Shown: piece by piece, positions 1-13,554 of the stretch
Layout of the letters: each line of letters starts with the position of its first letter
How positions within the stretch are numbered: position 1 is the stretch's first letter
Source: Psilocybe cubensis
Taxonomy: Eukaryota
Reading direction: 5' to 3'
DNA length: 64,000 nucleotides
Assembly (NCBI GenBank): GCA_017499595.2
Contig: CM039007.1
Location: 2,728,001 to 2,792,000, forward strand
Position numbers and translations under genes: made by a program
The notes under the pieces: generated by a model
Database searches by the model: none
What the model was told of the DNA's origin: nothing
The model's input: only the letters and a program-made list of their open reading frames with translations

Positions 1-397
1 GATTATCGTTCTCATGGTATGTTTCACCCTCGAGCAGATATTGTGGCGAATTCAGGACAACTGATGTCCCCTTTTCTAATTTTCTTCTTCTAGGATGTAT
101 TCAGTGTCGAAACACGCTTTACCTTCCGCGATTCTTCACTTCTAGTTTTCCTTTCACGTTAGCAACAGTACACGCACCAGCGTCATTGTAATCGACCTAC
201 CTGATGGAGTGGAAGAACGTCTTCAAGCTTCCGAAGCGCACATAGTCTACTTCGAACTGCCTTGGGCGCAGTGGGAACAAATACAAGGATATGTTATCGG
301 CGTCGGCGCTGCGGCTTTGGATAGAACGGGAAGCAGGTCGCGCGAAGTAGGATACGGCGGCAAGGTAATAGTGCCGAGCACTTGTACTAGTTCGTGA
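1..397 (+). CDS. 3' exons of an unidentified intron-containing gene (runs off the left edge)
   Basis: GT..AG-bounded segments near 17-93, then a frame reading ..TSVIVIDLPDGVEERLQASEAHIVYFELPWAQWEQIQGYVIGVG..STCTSS* ending at 397. Confidence 0.45.
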
Positions 398-2030
398 TGG
401 CTGTTGTTTTCCTAATGGGTGGCTGTGCTTACAAGCTTTAGATGCGCTTGAACGCTAATTGAGGTACTGAGCATTGGACTTTCGTTGTGATTTCACTTCA
501 AACAGAAAATGCTTTTCTTTATTAACTTTTGTTGTCAATCGTTTGAAAAGGAGACTGGATGTCAGAGAATATCGATACATGGCCGCCACATAATGCAAGG
601 TCTAACTGAAAGCTTAGTGGACTTCGGTTGTTTAATGCCCCTCCTCCGAGTAAGCAGACGTATTGTGTTAATTTTGTGTGGGATATTTGGCCTAATATTG
701 TTATAGCTTCCTTATTGTCAGTCCTGTTGTGTCATCAGAGACGAGCGCTGTTGCAGCTATTTATTGTAACTCAATGAATGCTTTGTAGGAAACAGGGAGG
801 AGCCGGGCGTTATGCGATAATTTCGTCAGCGCGAATAAAGCGACACTGAAATCAGTAAGGGGTAGGCAGCGGTGATAGCCCACATGAATCAAACAAGAGT
901 TGCGTATTTTCCTCCCCAAAATTGAGTAGTCGCAATCTAGTGCAACGCCTATCTAATCAAAGGTTTACAGGGACGATCAGAAATTAGGATCGAATAGAAA
1001 GCGGGTGTGAAGAATGAATTTTAATCTCGCCCAAAGGCCTTGGTTCCTTGCATTGCTTCCTTGTGCCCGTACTGCTGAATACAAGGATGAGTTCTTGGCC
1101 AGCCTCGAGGCGTACAAGCGATCTTCGCTTTTGGCTCGGGGCCGTTATTTTATGTTTTGTTATGTATCGGTGTCGCTTCGTCGATTTTTTTTCTTTTTTC
1201 TGGATGCAACTTCAATGACCTCTATATACAGATTCTTTGACCTTACAAACATGATTTCAAGGCCAGAGTGCATACATATGGTTGTCGTTGTGCTCAATTA
1301 GTAGTATGACTTGAGTATAACTCAAAGCTGAACATATACTTACTAATATACACGCTCGCGCACAGATACCCAAAGTCCGACCCCGTCACTTCAAACACCG
1401 ACATCTAGAAGAAAGAGAAGAAAACAATGATATTTCTCGAATTCCCGAGTCAACTTATCGCGCGTTGTGAATCATGATCATATGATAAGATGCGATAATT
1501 CGCTAGCGACCATATTCTGCCAATGTCATTGTCATTGCCATACCCCTTTCCATTCTATTTCTGTGATGGGAGGCTAGTGCTAGCGATGGGGTTCGATTTT
1601 TACTCTATTGGTTCCATCTGCCCAACCCCACACCCATACAGCAATACTTGCAAACTTGACATAGCCCCAAATTTAGGCATGTCAATCTTATCCCCGGATG
1701 CGAAAATCGCGGGTTTGAATACGTTGTTGCATCCGATGGACCGTAGAAATTTCACTCCAACGCCGGTGTTTGATATGGAAGGAAGGGGTGGTGTTTTGCT
1801 TTATATTAGGGATTAGCTGGTTATTGTTGGAGTTTTAAATTCGGATGCGCGCGCGTCCTTTGTGGTTTTTCTTTTCACTCTTCTGTACTTGACTCTCAGG
1901 TCGTTGCCGTATATCCAGCATCCTTCGGGCTCGAGGCCACGATACAACTCTCCCTCTTCATTTCACGCCTTAAGGGTGTACATCTCATACTGGGTGATCG
2001 GGTGGCGGGTTTCGATATTTGGATCTAAAA

Positions 2031-4040
2031 ATGGCTCCAATGCTTACAAGCACGACTACTTCTGCTCTCAGTCTTGCTGATCAGACATTGGACAACACGG
2101 TCGGCGCGATCTTTCTTGGTGTTGTTGGAGCCTCGTTGTGCGCAGCATTTTACCCATTTAACCCTGTGTGTTAACTAAATGTGTATGATCCTCCATGAAC
2201 AGGCTTTTCGGTATCACAACGCTGCAGGCGTATTGGTATTATCACTCATACCCATTTGATTCGATGTTGCACAAGTGTTCAGTCAGTCATATTCACGTCA
2301 TTTGATGGCTGTACAGACTGATTAATAATCACTTTCTGGCGTCGAACAGGTGGCGGTTCTATGGTGTGTGGATCTGTTGGTTATACTAAGGAGGGGTGGA
2401 GGAAGACTGACCAGTTGCCGGATTATGGGGCGTATGTTACTAGGACCCTCGACGCCTTCCATCTCAGCTTGGTTATCCATGCGGTGTACACGTATGCGGT
2501 TACTGGGTTTGGAGATTCCGCTGCGCTTCTGAAGATTCCTTGGTGAGTCTTTAATTGTAAATGAGCAAGGCAGATGGTTTATTGGTATGGGATAGGTCAA
2601 TAAAAGTAGGCGTTATACGTCATAAGAGTGCATGGGACAATGGCATTGAACTAGTTATGCTTTTGTTATAGCTTCAAGCCAGCGTAAACGTAGGTGTTGG
2701 CTTTCATCTCGCATGATTTGAAACCTAAAGACCTGCTGCAGGTTGTCATCATCTTAATAGTTCATTCGTGCGTATTAGTATTGCACCCCATTTCCCCAAC
2801 GTCCTGATGATTGATGAATGAACTGTAGTCTTTACGCCATGCGCGTTTGGTTACGTGAGTATCATGCTTGAAGTTGGATATTACATTCCTTCTGAAGGAA
2901 CATTTGTGAACATAGTTGGCGGGTACCACAGAGGCGTTCTTGGGTACATTGTGGTACGTGATTATAATCAATCAAGCATGAAACTATTGACTAAATTTTC
3001 AAAGACATCTGTGGTCATCGCAGGATTTGGTATGCACCCTAGAGTTTGATATAATCACTTTCATTGACTAGGCACCTCAAGTGATTGGCGTTGCATTTTC
3101 TTATTCTATGTAAGAAATCTAGCTCAGTACATATGGTGTTTGCGGTCTAACGATGGTGTCAAATCCCCAGTTACACTGTCCATGCATTGGACGAGCTTCA
3201 TAAGATATCTGTGAGTTTTCTCTCTCCAGAGTCGAACCAGAAGACTGAGAGACCATTTTTAGTGGGCAATCGACGCCGCATTAGGGGCATCTACTGCGAT
3301 AGACTTTGTTATTACAGCTGCGATGTGTTACTATCTCCGCAAGAGTAAAGGGAAGGTTACTAGGTACATAGTCGGGACGTTATAACGTTCTCGTGATGCA
3401 AGTTTCTAACATGAAGACAGGTTAAACTCGAGGATATCTGTAATCATGCAGTACTCATTGAGCTCAGGGCTTCTCACTAGGTATGCAAGTGGCACTGTTT
3501 GTTTTGCAACCATTAATTCTTATTTTTCAATTCATCTGAAGCGCGTGCTCGCTTTCTGCTATGTTTACTGTGGGTTGCTCGTACATGTCAGCGCACGACT
3601 CAATTGACACTTACATTCTTTCCAGTTCATTCTGATGCCCAATACTTTCATCTTCATCGCCCTTGAATTCCTTGTCACGCAACGTATGTACACCATATTC
3701 AAAGGATGACCAACCAAATATATTGACTACCGAGACATCGCACTCTTAGTCTACGTGGGCTCTTTTGTTGCTATGTTGAACGCCCGTGAAAGGAAACTCG
3801 GTAACACCTCATACGCAGAAGATACATACACACAACCTTCATGGAAACGACCCCTTCGCTCACACAGTACCTCCAGCTTCTGGAGCCCGAGACCGGGATC
3901 GCCTCTTGAACTCGAAGTCCAGATTCCTGTAAGTAATCCTGCAGATCACTACAGACTCGGTGCCTTATCATTGTCCTGACTCCTAGAAATCACCATCGTC
4001 TGCTACCTTTAAACCCGAGACTATTGGGCAGGCTTTGTAA
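2031..4040 (+). CDS. DUF6534-family multi-pass membrane protein (multi-exon)
   Basis: Spliced translation MAPMLTST..LDNTVGAIFLGVVGASL/LFGITTLQAYWYYHSYPFDSMLHKCS/..DAFHLSLVIHAVYTYAV../..MPNTFIFIALEFLVTQ/LYVGSFVAMLNARE. The LFGITTLQAY and LY..S..AMLN.R motifs are typical of this Agaricomycete family. Confidence 0.85.
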
Positions 4041-4727
4041 TCCACACACACAGCCGGAGTATCTGAAAAGAACACCTTTGACGCGACGTACTACGGCGTC
4101 CCGGCTTTATTTAACGCCCAGAACCATTCATTTGTATCATCACCTCAACTATTTCATCCATACTCATGTACTTACCTCTAGAAACCAGGGTTTTGACATC
4201 TCTCTCTGCCGGCGGAGATGTCACCCACCTTTCATACTACTCAGACAGTGTTTGATATCCACAAACTACCCCGTGCCTACTCCTTTCGTGTATATTCGTT
4301 CTATCAATGAGGATGTTCCATTCTACCGGTATACCCCAAACTAAATTTACATCTACAAGAATCAAAGCATTTACCTTGATGTGATATAGTCCTTGGCGAC
4401 CCAATACGGCATTATCCTTCCGTAGTGACCTCCCACAAAGAAGTGGCCTGGCGCCGTGTTCAATCTTCCCGTGTATTGTGATCACACACACCTGACGTAT
4501 AACGCATTCCCGTCGCAGAAGCTTAACCATATCAACTATAGTTAACAAACATCCACTAGCATGGTGCGATGGACGCATCAAATGAGGAAGTGGGAACCCT
4601 TTTCTAAGAATTCGAAAAGGGTAAGTTGGAATGAAACGAAGGACAGGAAACAAATAAATACAGAAGTAGGGTTAGGTACTTTTCTCATCAGCACCTCAAA
4701 ACTGGAAATTGGCACAATATATCCCAC

Positions 4728-6976
4728 TCATCCTGAAAATGAGGAGGGGTCCCTAACCATTGCGTCTTCACAGCCGAACCATTCGAGCCACTCGGTGGCA
4801 TGATATAGAGCGCGGCGCTTCGGCCATTGCTCAACCTCTAGCACAGAGCCGTGAGGTGGCATTGTTTTCGATACGTCTTGTTTGCGCAGGACAGTCCAAT
4901 AATTGTTGCCGATACGAACAACGCGGACCATGGGGAATCCGTGTTCTACCACAGCCAACACATTTCGGACATGGACATCTGATAGACCAACGAATCGAAG
5001 CGTCGGTGGTATACCATGGCGAAGTTGCTATGGACGATGTAATATATCAGCACAGCGACGATTAGAAAAGGGTGAAGGCAGTTACGTTTAAAAATGGTAT
5101 GGGATCCCGAGCTGATTGAGAATTATAATCGAGCGTAAGACGGAGGGCCAGTACGGTCCGCGGAATGAGCCAAGAGGCTAGACCGGGCGCCAAATCAGAC
5201 GGATAGCTAATTTTCAGACCTCTGAGACCTCCTAACGAAGGTAAAACCCCCCATATGGCAGCATCGAACCCGACAGCGTGTTGTATTGATTCTTCGCGAG
5301 CTATTAGCTGGAGGGATCGTAGGTGCCTTCGTCCACGCAGAAATTCGGCAATAGCAGGAAATAAGTCACGATCCATCGTTCTTCGACCAATGGATTCCAC
5401 GGAGAAGGCGAAGTGTCGCAAGAAGGGTAGTGCGTTTACGTGCTGGGCGCTTCGGAATTGACTTGAAGCGTTCGGGCATTCTAGAGAGCAGCAGGTGATA
5501 TTCAAGTTCTCCAATTGTCGACCGTTGTTCAAGATCTCAGCAAAAGCGTTGGTTACGGCTGGGAAATGTCCAGTGAAGAAGATGGTGGTAAGATTACGAA
5601 TTGAGAGACTGGCAGCAGGAAAGGTCCAATGCGGCGATGGATGAGGATTTTGGAGTGCGATGGTTCTTAGAGAGATGCTATTTTGACTTAGAAGCCCGTG
5701 GATAGAAGAAGGATTCGCAGACACGATATTCATCGTATATGCAAAGTGGGATAGATGCCTGAACTCCAGTAGTGATAGATCAGCTGGACCATCTGGTGAT
5801 CTGGGGACAAGGTGTTGGTCAGGGAATTAATGGAGAATATAATACAGACGAACTTCAAGGAGAGACCCCGTAGACGGGGACTCGACGTCTGCAATATACG
5901 GAGAACTGGGAGTATTCCTTCACTGGTAGCGGAGATGTGAACATTCCGTAGGTTAATCAATTTTGGCAGTGCGTTCGTCAACATTCCTGAGTTCTGTTGT
6001 CAATCCCAAGAAAACAATTATTTCGCGACGAGTGTAATGACATACCAGTCTGAAATGCTACCGATCCATCTTTATCCCGCCTCGAGGCAAATATCCTTAG
6101 AGTCCTTACTGCACATGCAAACGATGGGTCGACAATGATTCGCGTTAGAATATCTGCACTCCTCTGAGCATGTCTCGCATCTTCATCTTTCTGAGACAAT
6201 AGCGTCCTTGGGTCGGCATAGGTGTCTATCTGGTCCTCTTCGCCGTCTGTCCCAGTGAAGTGCAAGTCCAGCTCCCAAAACAATAATTGCGATGCTATTC
6301 GAGAAAGAGGATGAGGAACGAAAAGCAGAGCTTTGAGATCCCTTCGTGGGAGATGCAGTGCTATTTCTCGCCAAATTTCCGCTGATATTCTTTCTTTCAG
6401 GTTATGTTTTGGAAGAGGCGCCAGCAGCTAATTTTGGAGAAGAATGAAGTGGCCTTAGTTCTAGGCCGTATATGATGTAGATAGTCATCACCTTCTCAAC
6501 CGTAACAGATCGTTGATGAAGAAGTGCTTTCGCCTCGGGGTTGTCAGGTTCTACTGCCAGCGCTGCTTGAAGATCTGAACAACACGTACGCAGCATTTCA
6601 AGATGCTCCGTCAGTTGAATTCTAAACGTAGGGAAGTTAATATACAGACCATCTTGTGCTCCTAATGGTGAACCCCCCGCGAGCCTGGCCTTTGCACGCA
6701 ATATTCTGGCCTTCGCTATACTTTCCGGACTGAGAGAGACAACTTGCAAACATGACTGGATCGCGTTCTCGATGACCGTTCTAGAACGTCTATGCAGAAA
6801 ATCCCATTCAGTTCCACAAAATACAAATAGGATTCCAAGATATAATGAGCTACACACCCTTCGAAATGAAGACATTTCATGGCGTAAAGCAAGAGATCCA
6901 CCTTTTGGTTGTCGGAAAGGTATGAGGCAACGTCTCGAATGCTGGCATCGAGGATTTTTGGGTTGAATACATTCAT
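4728..6976 (-). CDS. TPR-like + F-box + LRR-like protein (multi-exon)
   Basis: MNVFNPKILD.. start; TPR-like KARILRAKARLAGG..DLQAALAVEPDNPEAKALL; F-box-like ISAEIWREIALHLPRRDLKALLFVPHPLSRIASQLLF; leucine-rich repeats (LINLRNVHI, LRGLSL, LRSLQL, LRGLKI). Confidence 0.75.
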
Positions 6977-9186
6977 GATGGTGGGTAGAGCGCAGCACCG
7001 CCAAATTGAATACACGATATAAATGAGCCAGCTGGAGACTGTTGAGGTACACAAAATCGGGCCAGAGTCTAAAGTTCCCAGCAACAAGGGAAGAAGGGTC
7101 TGAACTGAACGTCGTAAACGACAGGATGCTCGCGGATCGAAACGCCATGGGACAAATTTACGGTTACAGTCATGATTGAGCAATGTGAACTCTGTTGTTG
7201 CTGAGTCTGGACTAGTCTGGACTCTTTTGACAATTAAAAAAAATTACGCTCTTTCGTCTTTTCGGAGATTTCCTTGTTCAGGAAATAGATATTTTGTCCG
7301 AACCTCGTCTAATTTGGAATGTAGGAAGGTACCATCACAACATTGCCTTATTTGGAGTGATATGTTTTTTCGTGTTCCCGGTGATCTTGTCCAATAGAAA
7401 TTGTAAGTGCTTCCCGAGGCCACGCACTCTTTGATTTTATGATGTGCGTCATACTAATATCTTCGGTCAGTTAATGGAAACATAAATCGTGTCAACCAAC
7501 GGCAGACAACTGTTCCCCGCCTTCCATACCCCACATCGTTCTTGTTTGCCAATGGACCTATCCTTGTCGTACGGGTACATTGAGACCTCATAGGCCCCAC
7601 CTGCCATCGGACTTTCTCGCTTGAAGGGCGATTTCTTCACTGTCTTGGGGTACTGGCCTTCTATCCGACTTCTTCGCGGGCCTTTCGAATATTTAAACGC
7701 ATACTCTTGGTCTGCAGAATCACATTGTGTCAAGTTGGCTGGTTCGTAAGAAACACCAATGGGTAAATGTAAGTTCCTCAGTACCCCATATATCCACGAG
7801 AAACCTTCGTGCGTCTCAGCAAACGTCATTCGGAACGTGGGGGAGCGTTCTAGAATCCATCAAGTCACAGGCGGCAGAAAGCTTTCAAAAGTCACCAAAT
7901 GATGGGTGCCATTCCTTCCAACTCTATTGGACACAGGAACAGTAACAGAATTTCATTGGAAGGCACATAAACAAACCATTTAACTTTTGAAAACTCCTCA
8001 CACGTCACGAACAAGACAAGAAGAGGTTAGTGAGTAATTATGCTTCGCGGAAATCATTGTGTTGTCAAATGGTGTTGAACGTGGACAAACCGTGTCTTTC
8101 ATCTTGGATCAGGAATACTTTCCATCAGTTTTCGATCTTCCTCACCAAACTACACCAGAGAACACCCCTTACGAATGCGTAACTAATGGCATCCAGTATA
8201 CGTACTATCGGTGACAGCCACCGATGTGTTGTATAAATTGTACAAGGCACGCCAGTCACAACAATTGAAATGAATTGCTCCTGACTGCCATACTTCATTC
8301 TTTACACACTCGTTGGGTTCTAATATTAAAAGTCGATACATATTTACATTCATTGCTTAAGGTAAATATGACCTTGTTAGCGTAAACCGCAACACATGAA
8401 TTCATCGCCTTGGGAATCGTTACCCATTTTCGTACATTAGGATAGTTTTGAGATGTCAGGAAAAGTATCATTAGATTAGAGGTGCACCTCCCCGGGTGTT
8501 CACGTCTGTAGCACACATATGTCCCCGATCCTTTCCGTATATTTCCCTAATATGCCCTTTTGAACCTCATTCGAAGAACTGACGTCGGTAACCCCCCCGA
8601 GAGGGAACTTCGTTGAACCTACGGATGCTTCTCTCTGATCACAATGTTCCTATCGCCCGACTGACCGTCGAACGATTTGACCTTGATGGGATAACACCTG
8701 GCCAGGAAGCGTAGGAAGGGTACCGCTCCGACAAATGAGAATAGGTAAATGTCTATCAAGTCCTCGCGGGCACAGGTTGAAAGTGCACGGTATCCGGTAT
8801 CCGACACACGGACACTCTCATGTTGGAGAGACATTGCTAAATCCAACAGAAGTCGTCCACGGATTGACTCCATTGAGCGGTTTCATGTGCTTCCAATATA
8901 TATTACGAGAACCTTGAATGAGTGATAAGAAAGTCTAGACAGGACTACGCTTCACCATGGCTAAATTCCGAGGTGGTTTGGACATATTATGTTTCTGAGC
9001 ACATTAGGAGTTCTATTCCCGAACAAACGTTTCCTTGAAAAAGGCTATACGAATATCGGGTTATTTTGAATAACAGAGCAAAAACCGCTCCTATTCTAGG
9101 TCATAAACGACTTCCCTTCAAATTTGCTCTTCTCCGTCAAACGATACGCAGTGATATCCTATGCGCTTATACCCACAATCTATTCT

Positions 9187-10546
9187 CTAATTCACGGAAA
9201 CGCTCTTTCTCCTTCTCGATACTGCTGCGCCATCTCCAGGAAGGCGGCCTCTACTTTCTTGAAAGACGTCCGAAGTAATGGACACCACATCTGGCAACCG
9301 AGCGTGGGCAAATTGCTGAACCCTATCTCGTACCATCGTCTCCAACTTCACGGCGTCGATACTAAATTTGGCGAGACCTTCGGGTACTTTGTCGAGAGAT
9401 ATCGCCTCCTGCTTCGAATCGCGCTCAAACAAAATAGCGCCCTCGTGTGTAGGTCCATTTGGAGAAAAGTATATGGGAGGTGGATTTGGCAACTCCGTCA
9501 ACGGAGTTGGTTGAGTCGAATCGCTCCTAAGATCAAGGTTTCCATCCAACTTCATAAGTCCTTCAAGTAAATCCGGGGGAAGTGTTACCAGGTCGGCGCC
9601 TCCTTTCTTTCCGTATCGGCTTAATTCGACGATTTCCTCTGGTTTGCGGAACCCAGCGGCCATTATCTGTGTTGAGTATCCGCAACGCGTGTATGTTTCC
9701 TTGATACGGCGTACCAGTGCAATACCCGGATGGTCTTGTAATGGCTGATCGTCAAGGCCGCTGGGATTTCCTTCGGCGATGGCGCGTGCAGACCACCAAT
9801 CCTTGACCCTTCCAATGAACGGAGAAACCACTGATACACCAGCCTGAGCGCAAGCGATGGCCTGTACTAGGCTGAAAATCAGAGTGAGATTGGTATGTAT
9901 TCCGTCGACTGATTCGAGGGTATGCGCAGCATGAATTCCTTCGGGAGTGGCAGGAATTTTTATGAGGATGCGCGTTCTAGGAATGTGCAGTTCTTCAACG
10001 AGTTTGATCAGCGCTCTTGACTTTGATAGAATGCCAGCGTAGGAAAAACCAAGTCGAGGATCGACGGATATGGAGACACGACCTGGAATGATGGACAAAA
10101 TTTCGGCGCCAACGCGAACAAGCTTTAAATAGGGTAGTTAGACTACGTGAATACATGTGTTCCACAGAGGATATATCCGGATAAATGAAGATCAAAGAAA
10201 TAAAACGTACCAGATGATCCAAGGCCAATTCAACTATCTCATCCACTGTCGGAGACTTGGGCGAGAGGCTACGCAAGGAGTAGGTGACGGCATCATCAAT
10301 GAGATATGAATATTTTGCAGTTGATACGGCAGCAAAAACCAGAGAGGGATTTGTAGTGGCGTCTACTGGACTAAATTTTGCGATTTCTAGTGTTTTTGAC
10401 GTTGAGAGACAGAGTTAGTCATTAGGTTAGAGTATCTAATCAAGTTGCTCACTTTCATACTCGGCACCGTCCGATGCTATTATTATCCCTCTATTATGCA
10501 CAGCGTCCAGAGCATTGAAAGTAGGCAGAGTCTCACAATCAGGCAT
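9187..10546 (-). CDS. Transaldolase-family protein (divergent paralogue)
   Basis: Motifs IASDG, DATTNPSL, Schiff-base ILIKIPAT.EG, NLTLIFS, SPFIGRV and LAKFSIDAVKLE; two introns near 10387-10452 and 10125-10210. Confidence 0.9.
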
Positions 10547-11478
10547 TGACGATTGCGGGTATCAAGAGCAGCGTTTGGGTCGCTTATATGTAGTCAAATA
10601 TCAAACACTGACCTGGTGAATAAGCAAGACCTTGCTAATCCAGCGCTGATCGAATCCACACTATTGGCGATCGTGGCAACTTCGCATGGCGAGATCGGCC
10701 AGTAATTAGACTTTCCTGCGTTCTTTTGTCAGCTTTCAAGAACATACCCAATAAAAGTCGGCACAATCCACCAACCACGAACGTGCTTTAAATTCGTGGG
10801 TTTACATCGTCTCGCCGATCAGATAGATTAGTTTTGTTAGTTCCAATTTTATCAGATTGTATCATGTCCAACTGCTTGGGTATAATGCATTGATATAGCG
10901 TGTGTTGTCTGTAGAATCGCCATCATTGGGCAATCATTGGGTCATCGTGATAACCAACGGCGTCATAGTCATGAACGAATGAGGGGTGTCGGATAGCCAT
11001 ATCGCCGAGTCCGAGCTTTTGGGGTCACGTGGAATCAATTACTAATGAACGCGCTCAGAACGCGTCGACGCCCAAAAGCATACATTTGGCCATTGACGTG
11101 CCGTTGACTGTCCGGTGTATGGGTTCAAAGTTGAAATAATGAAGTCTTTATAACGAAAGGTAAAACTTTGCAGTTGCTTGCATGTTAGGGCAGAGGAACT
11201 CACAATGAATGCTTACAGGGATGAACTAGTGCGAACTCGCTATTTAATAATACAAATGGCAGTAGTTAACTTAAAAGTACACCAAATCAGCTTCAATTAA
11301 TAATTTAGAATTCTCAGAGGCCGTGAGAATATCTGACTTTTCTGATGCACTGACTTGAAAGCCAAAAACCATGAAATCCATTCTATTTGAAAGATTTGAC
11401 ACAAGATATAAAAAGGATAAAGACCATAGACCCAGTAAAAATATGTCAGAATATTCTATGTAAAGACGCCATCGGCCT

Positions 11479-13554
11479 TTAAGATCCGGGACTATTTTTG
11501 TAATTGTCAGAATGCAGTTTACTGAGATAAGATACAAAAACACTGACACAGGGGCGACTGTTGGGGCTGGTCCAGCAACAGTGGCGATGTTGTTTGGGAA
11601 GGGGGTGGCCGCACACTAAGAAAGTAGAGATGAGAATGTGTATACACCTTCTCATGTGTTATGACTCACAGCAGCTTGTACGTCTGCACGAGAGAAGGAG
11701 GCGGGGAATTTGATGGGGCCGGTGAATGTCTTGGGAATGGGGACGACCTGGAACCCAATCATAAGAGCATTTTCTTATGTGTAGCCATCATTAGCTTACG
11801 TCAGAGCAGTCAATCAAGTTCCTTTGTCCGAGTACTTGAAGCTTAGCCATAGCTGCCTTGAAGCTGTTCATCATTAGGTTCTGATTGTCTAAGAGTCGGA
11901 ATAGGTCAGATTTTGCATTTTGAATAAAATATAAGGCCAGATGATACTCACTAACCATTCCCTGCCAGAGGCAGGCAGTTCGAGGGTCTTAAAGACATAC
12001 ATAAGTATTCCGCTTAGATTTGTGTCACGTCATAACATACCTTGGGAGATAGCGAAGTCACTCTGGAGACGCATCTCACCGGCAAGAGGAGAGAGGACTT
12101 CACCAGGCTGGCTTCCGTTTCTGTTTCAAATAGACCCAGCGGTCAGAATCAAACAATCTGCAGATAGTCTTAGATGCATACCCTGGGAAAAGTCTTCCCT
12201 TGAGGAGAACTTCAAGGAAGACTTGAGTGTCGCTATCAAGTTGTTAAGCATAAGGATATTCAAAAGAAAGATGATGTGACTAACAAAGTGCCGACAGTAC
12301 TGTAGGTGGTGTCAGTTAGCTTTCCTGACAAGATATATTGAAAGGGCACTCACGAGTCGAAGGGGGTTCCTGGGATGGTCTATATGTCATCAATATTCAT
12401 CAGTCTCAAATTTATCCAGTACATCGTCTCATACTCACGGGGTCGACGACATCCTAAAGAACGTTGTTTTAATAAGTGAGGACATACTCTGAGAAGAAAC
12501 CTGTACTTACTGCAGCAGCAATGGTGTGGGAGGAAAGAAGGGCAACAGCCTCAGCTGGAGAGAATCCAGCATCGGCGAACCTGGCCAGAATAGAAGTAAC
12601 ACTGTCTACATTGACACTTAGATCCAGTTCAACCTTCCTAAGAAAAGAGCGACATACCAGTGGGCTCTGGGACAGTGAGATCGGGGGCGGGGGCAAGAGG
12701 TGGTGGGCGGCCAAACATGAACTGAAGCCTTGGGGCACCCGGGCAGTTAGCAGTTCCAATAGCAGCTGCGAGGTGGACGCTAGTGGGAAACGTAAGTTCG
12801 AAGTTCTGAATATTTTGAATTGCTTTCACTCACAAGTCTCCTGCAGTGAGGCCGGTTTCTTGGAAGACGGGGAACTGGCGTGCAGTGATATCATCAATTC
12901 TGTGAAGGGGGTGACAGGGTTAGTTCTGAATAAAGAAATGGTATGATATCGGCGCGTATTACCCTCCATTAGCGTCTATAGAATATTGACGATTAAGTAA
13001 ATATCAATAATAAGCTAAGGTATAGCTTACGGAATGCAAGTTCGGTGCTGTTGAAGATCAGGATAGAACCATCGGCTCCTCCACCCCTGAGATGGATTGA
13101 TTAGTAAAACGGAGTAGTCAGAATGTAGTGATGCACTGACTTTCCACCTAAATCGCAATGTATGTATTAGACTAGTTATCATGAGACACTCAGAATTCTA
13201 CTCACCGTGGATTGAAAATCCAATAGCATCGTGGAACGAGAGACGAAGAGCAGAGTGGGCCTTTCATTGGAGGTCAGATGGTGCCGTTGAAATTTTCATA
13301 AATTACACAAACCTCCTCTCCACATTCGCCTCCGTCAAAGAGGTCGGTTTGGATCTTCTGGACAATAGGGAAGAGCTCTGGGAGTCGAATAAGCCACCAA
13401 ATGAATAAAATGGTTTTGAGGACTTACTGCAGCAGGCAGCATTGGCAGTCACTTGGCCAGTGGCGCATGTAACACGCTTTGTCAATGCAGCATTTACAGC
13501 CTGTGAGGCGGCAAGGGCAATAGAGATGATAGCTGCAAGGCGAGCGAAAGCCAT
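11479..13554 (-). CDS. mnp: Class II fungal heme peroxidase (AA2), atypical manganese peroxidase with E/S/D Mn site
   Basis: Signal peptide + KR propeptide; [27 protein letters not shown] (distal R/H); GGGADGS; NCPGAP; proximal [23 protein letters not shown]; many short introns; ends VPGS*. Confidence 0.95.

Noticed and set aside
7400..8900. Short ORFs between the F-box and transaldolase genes
   Set aside because: No coherent exon chain or motif could be established.
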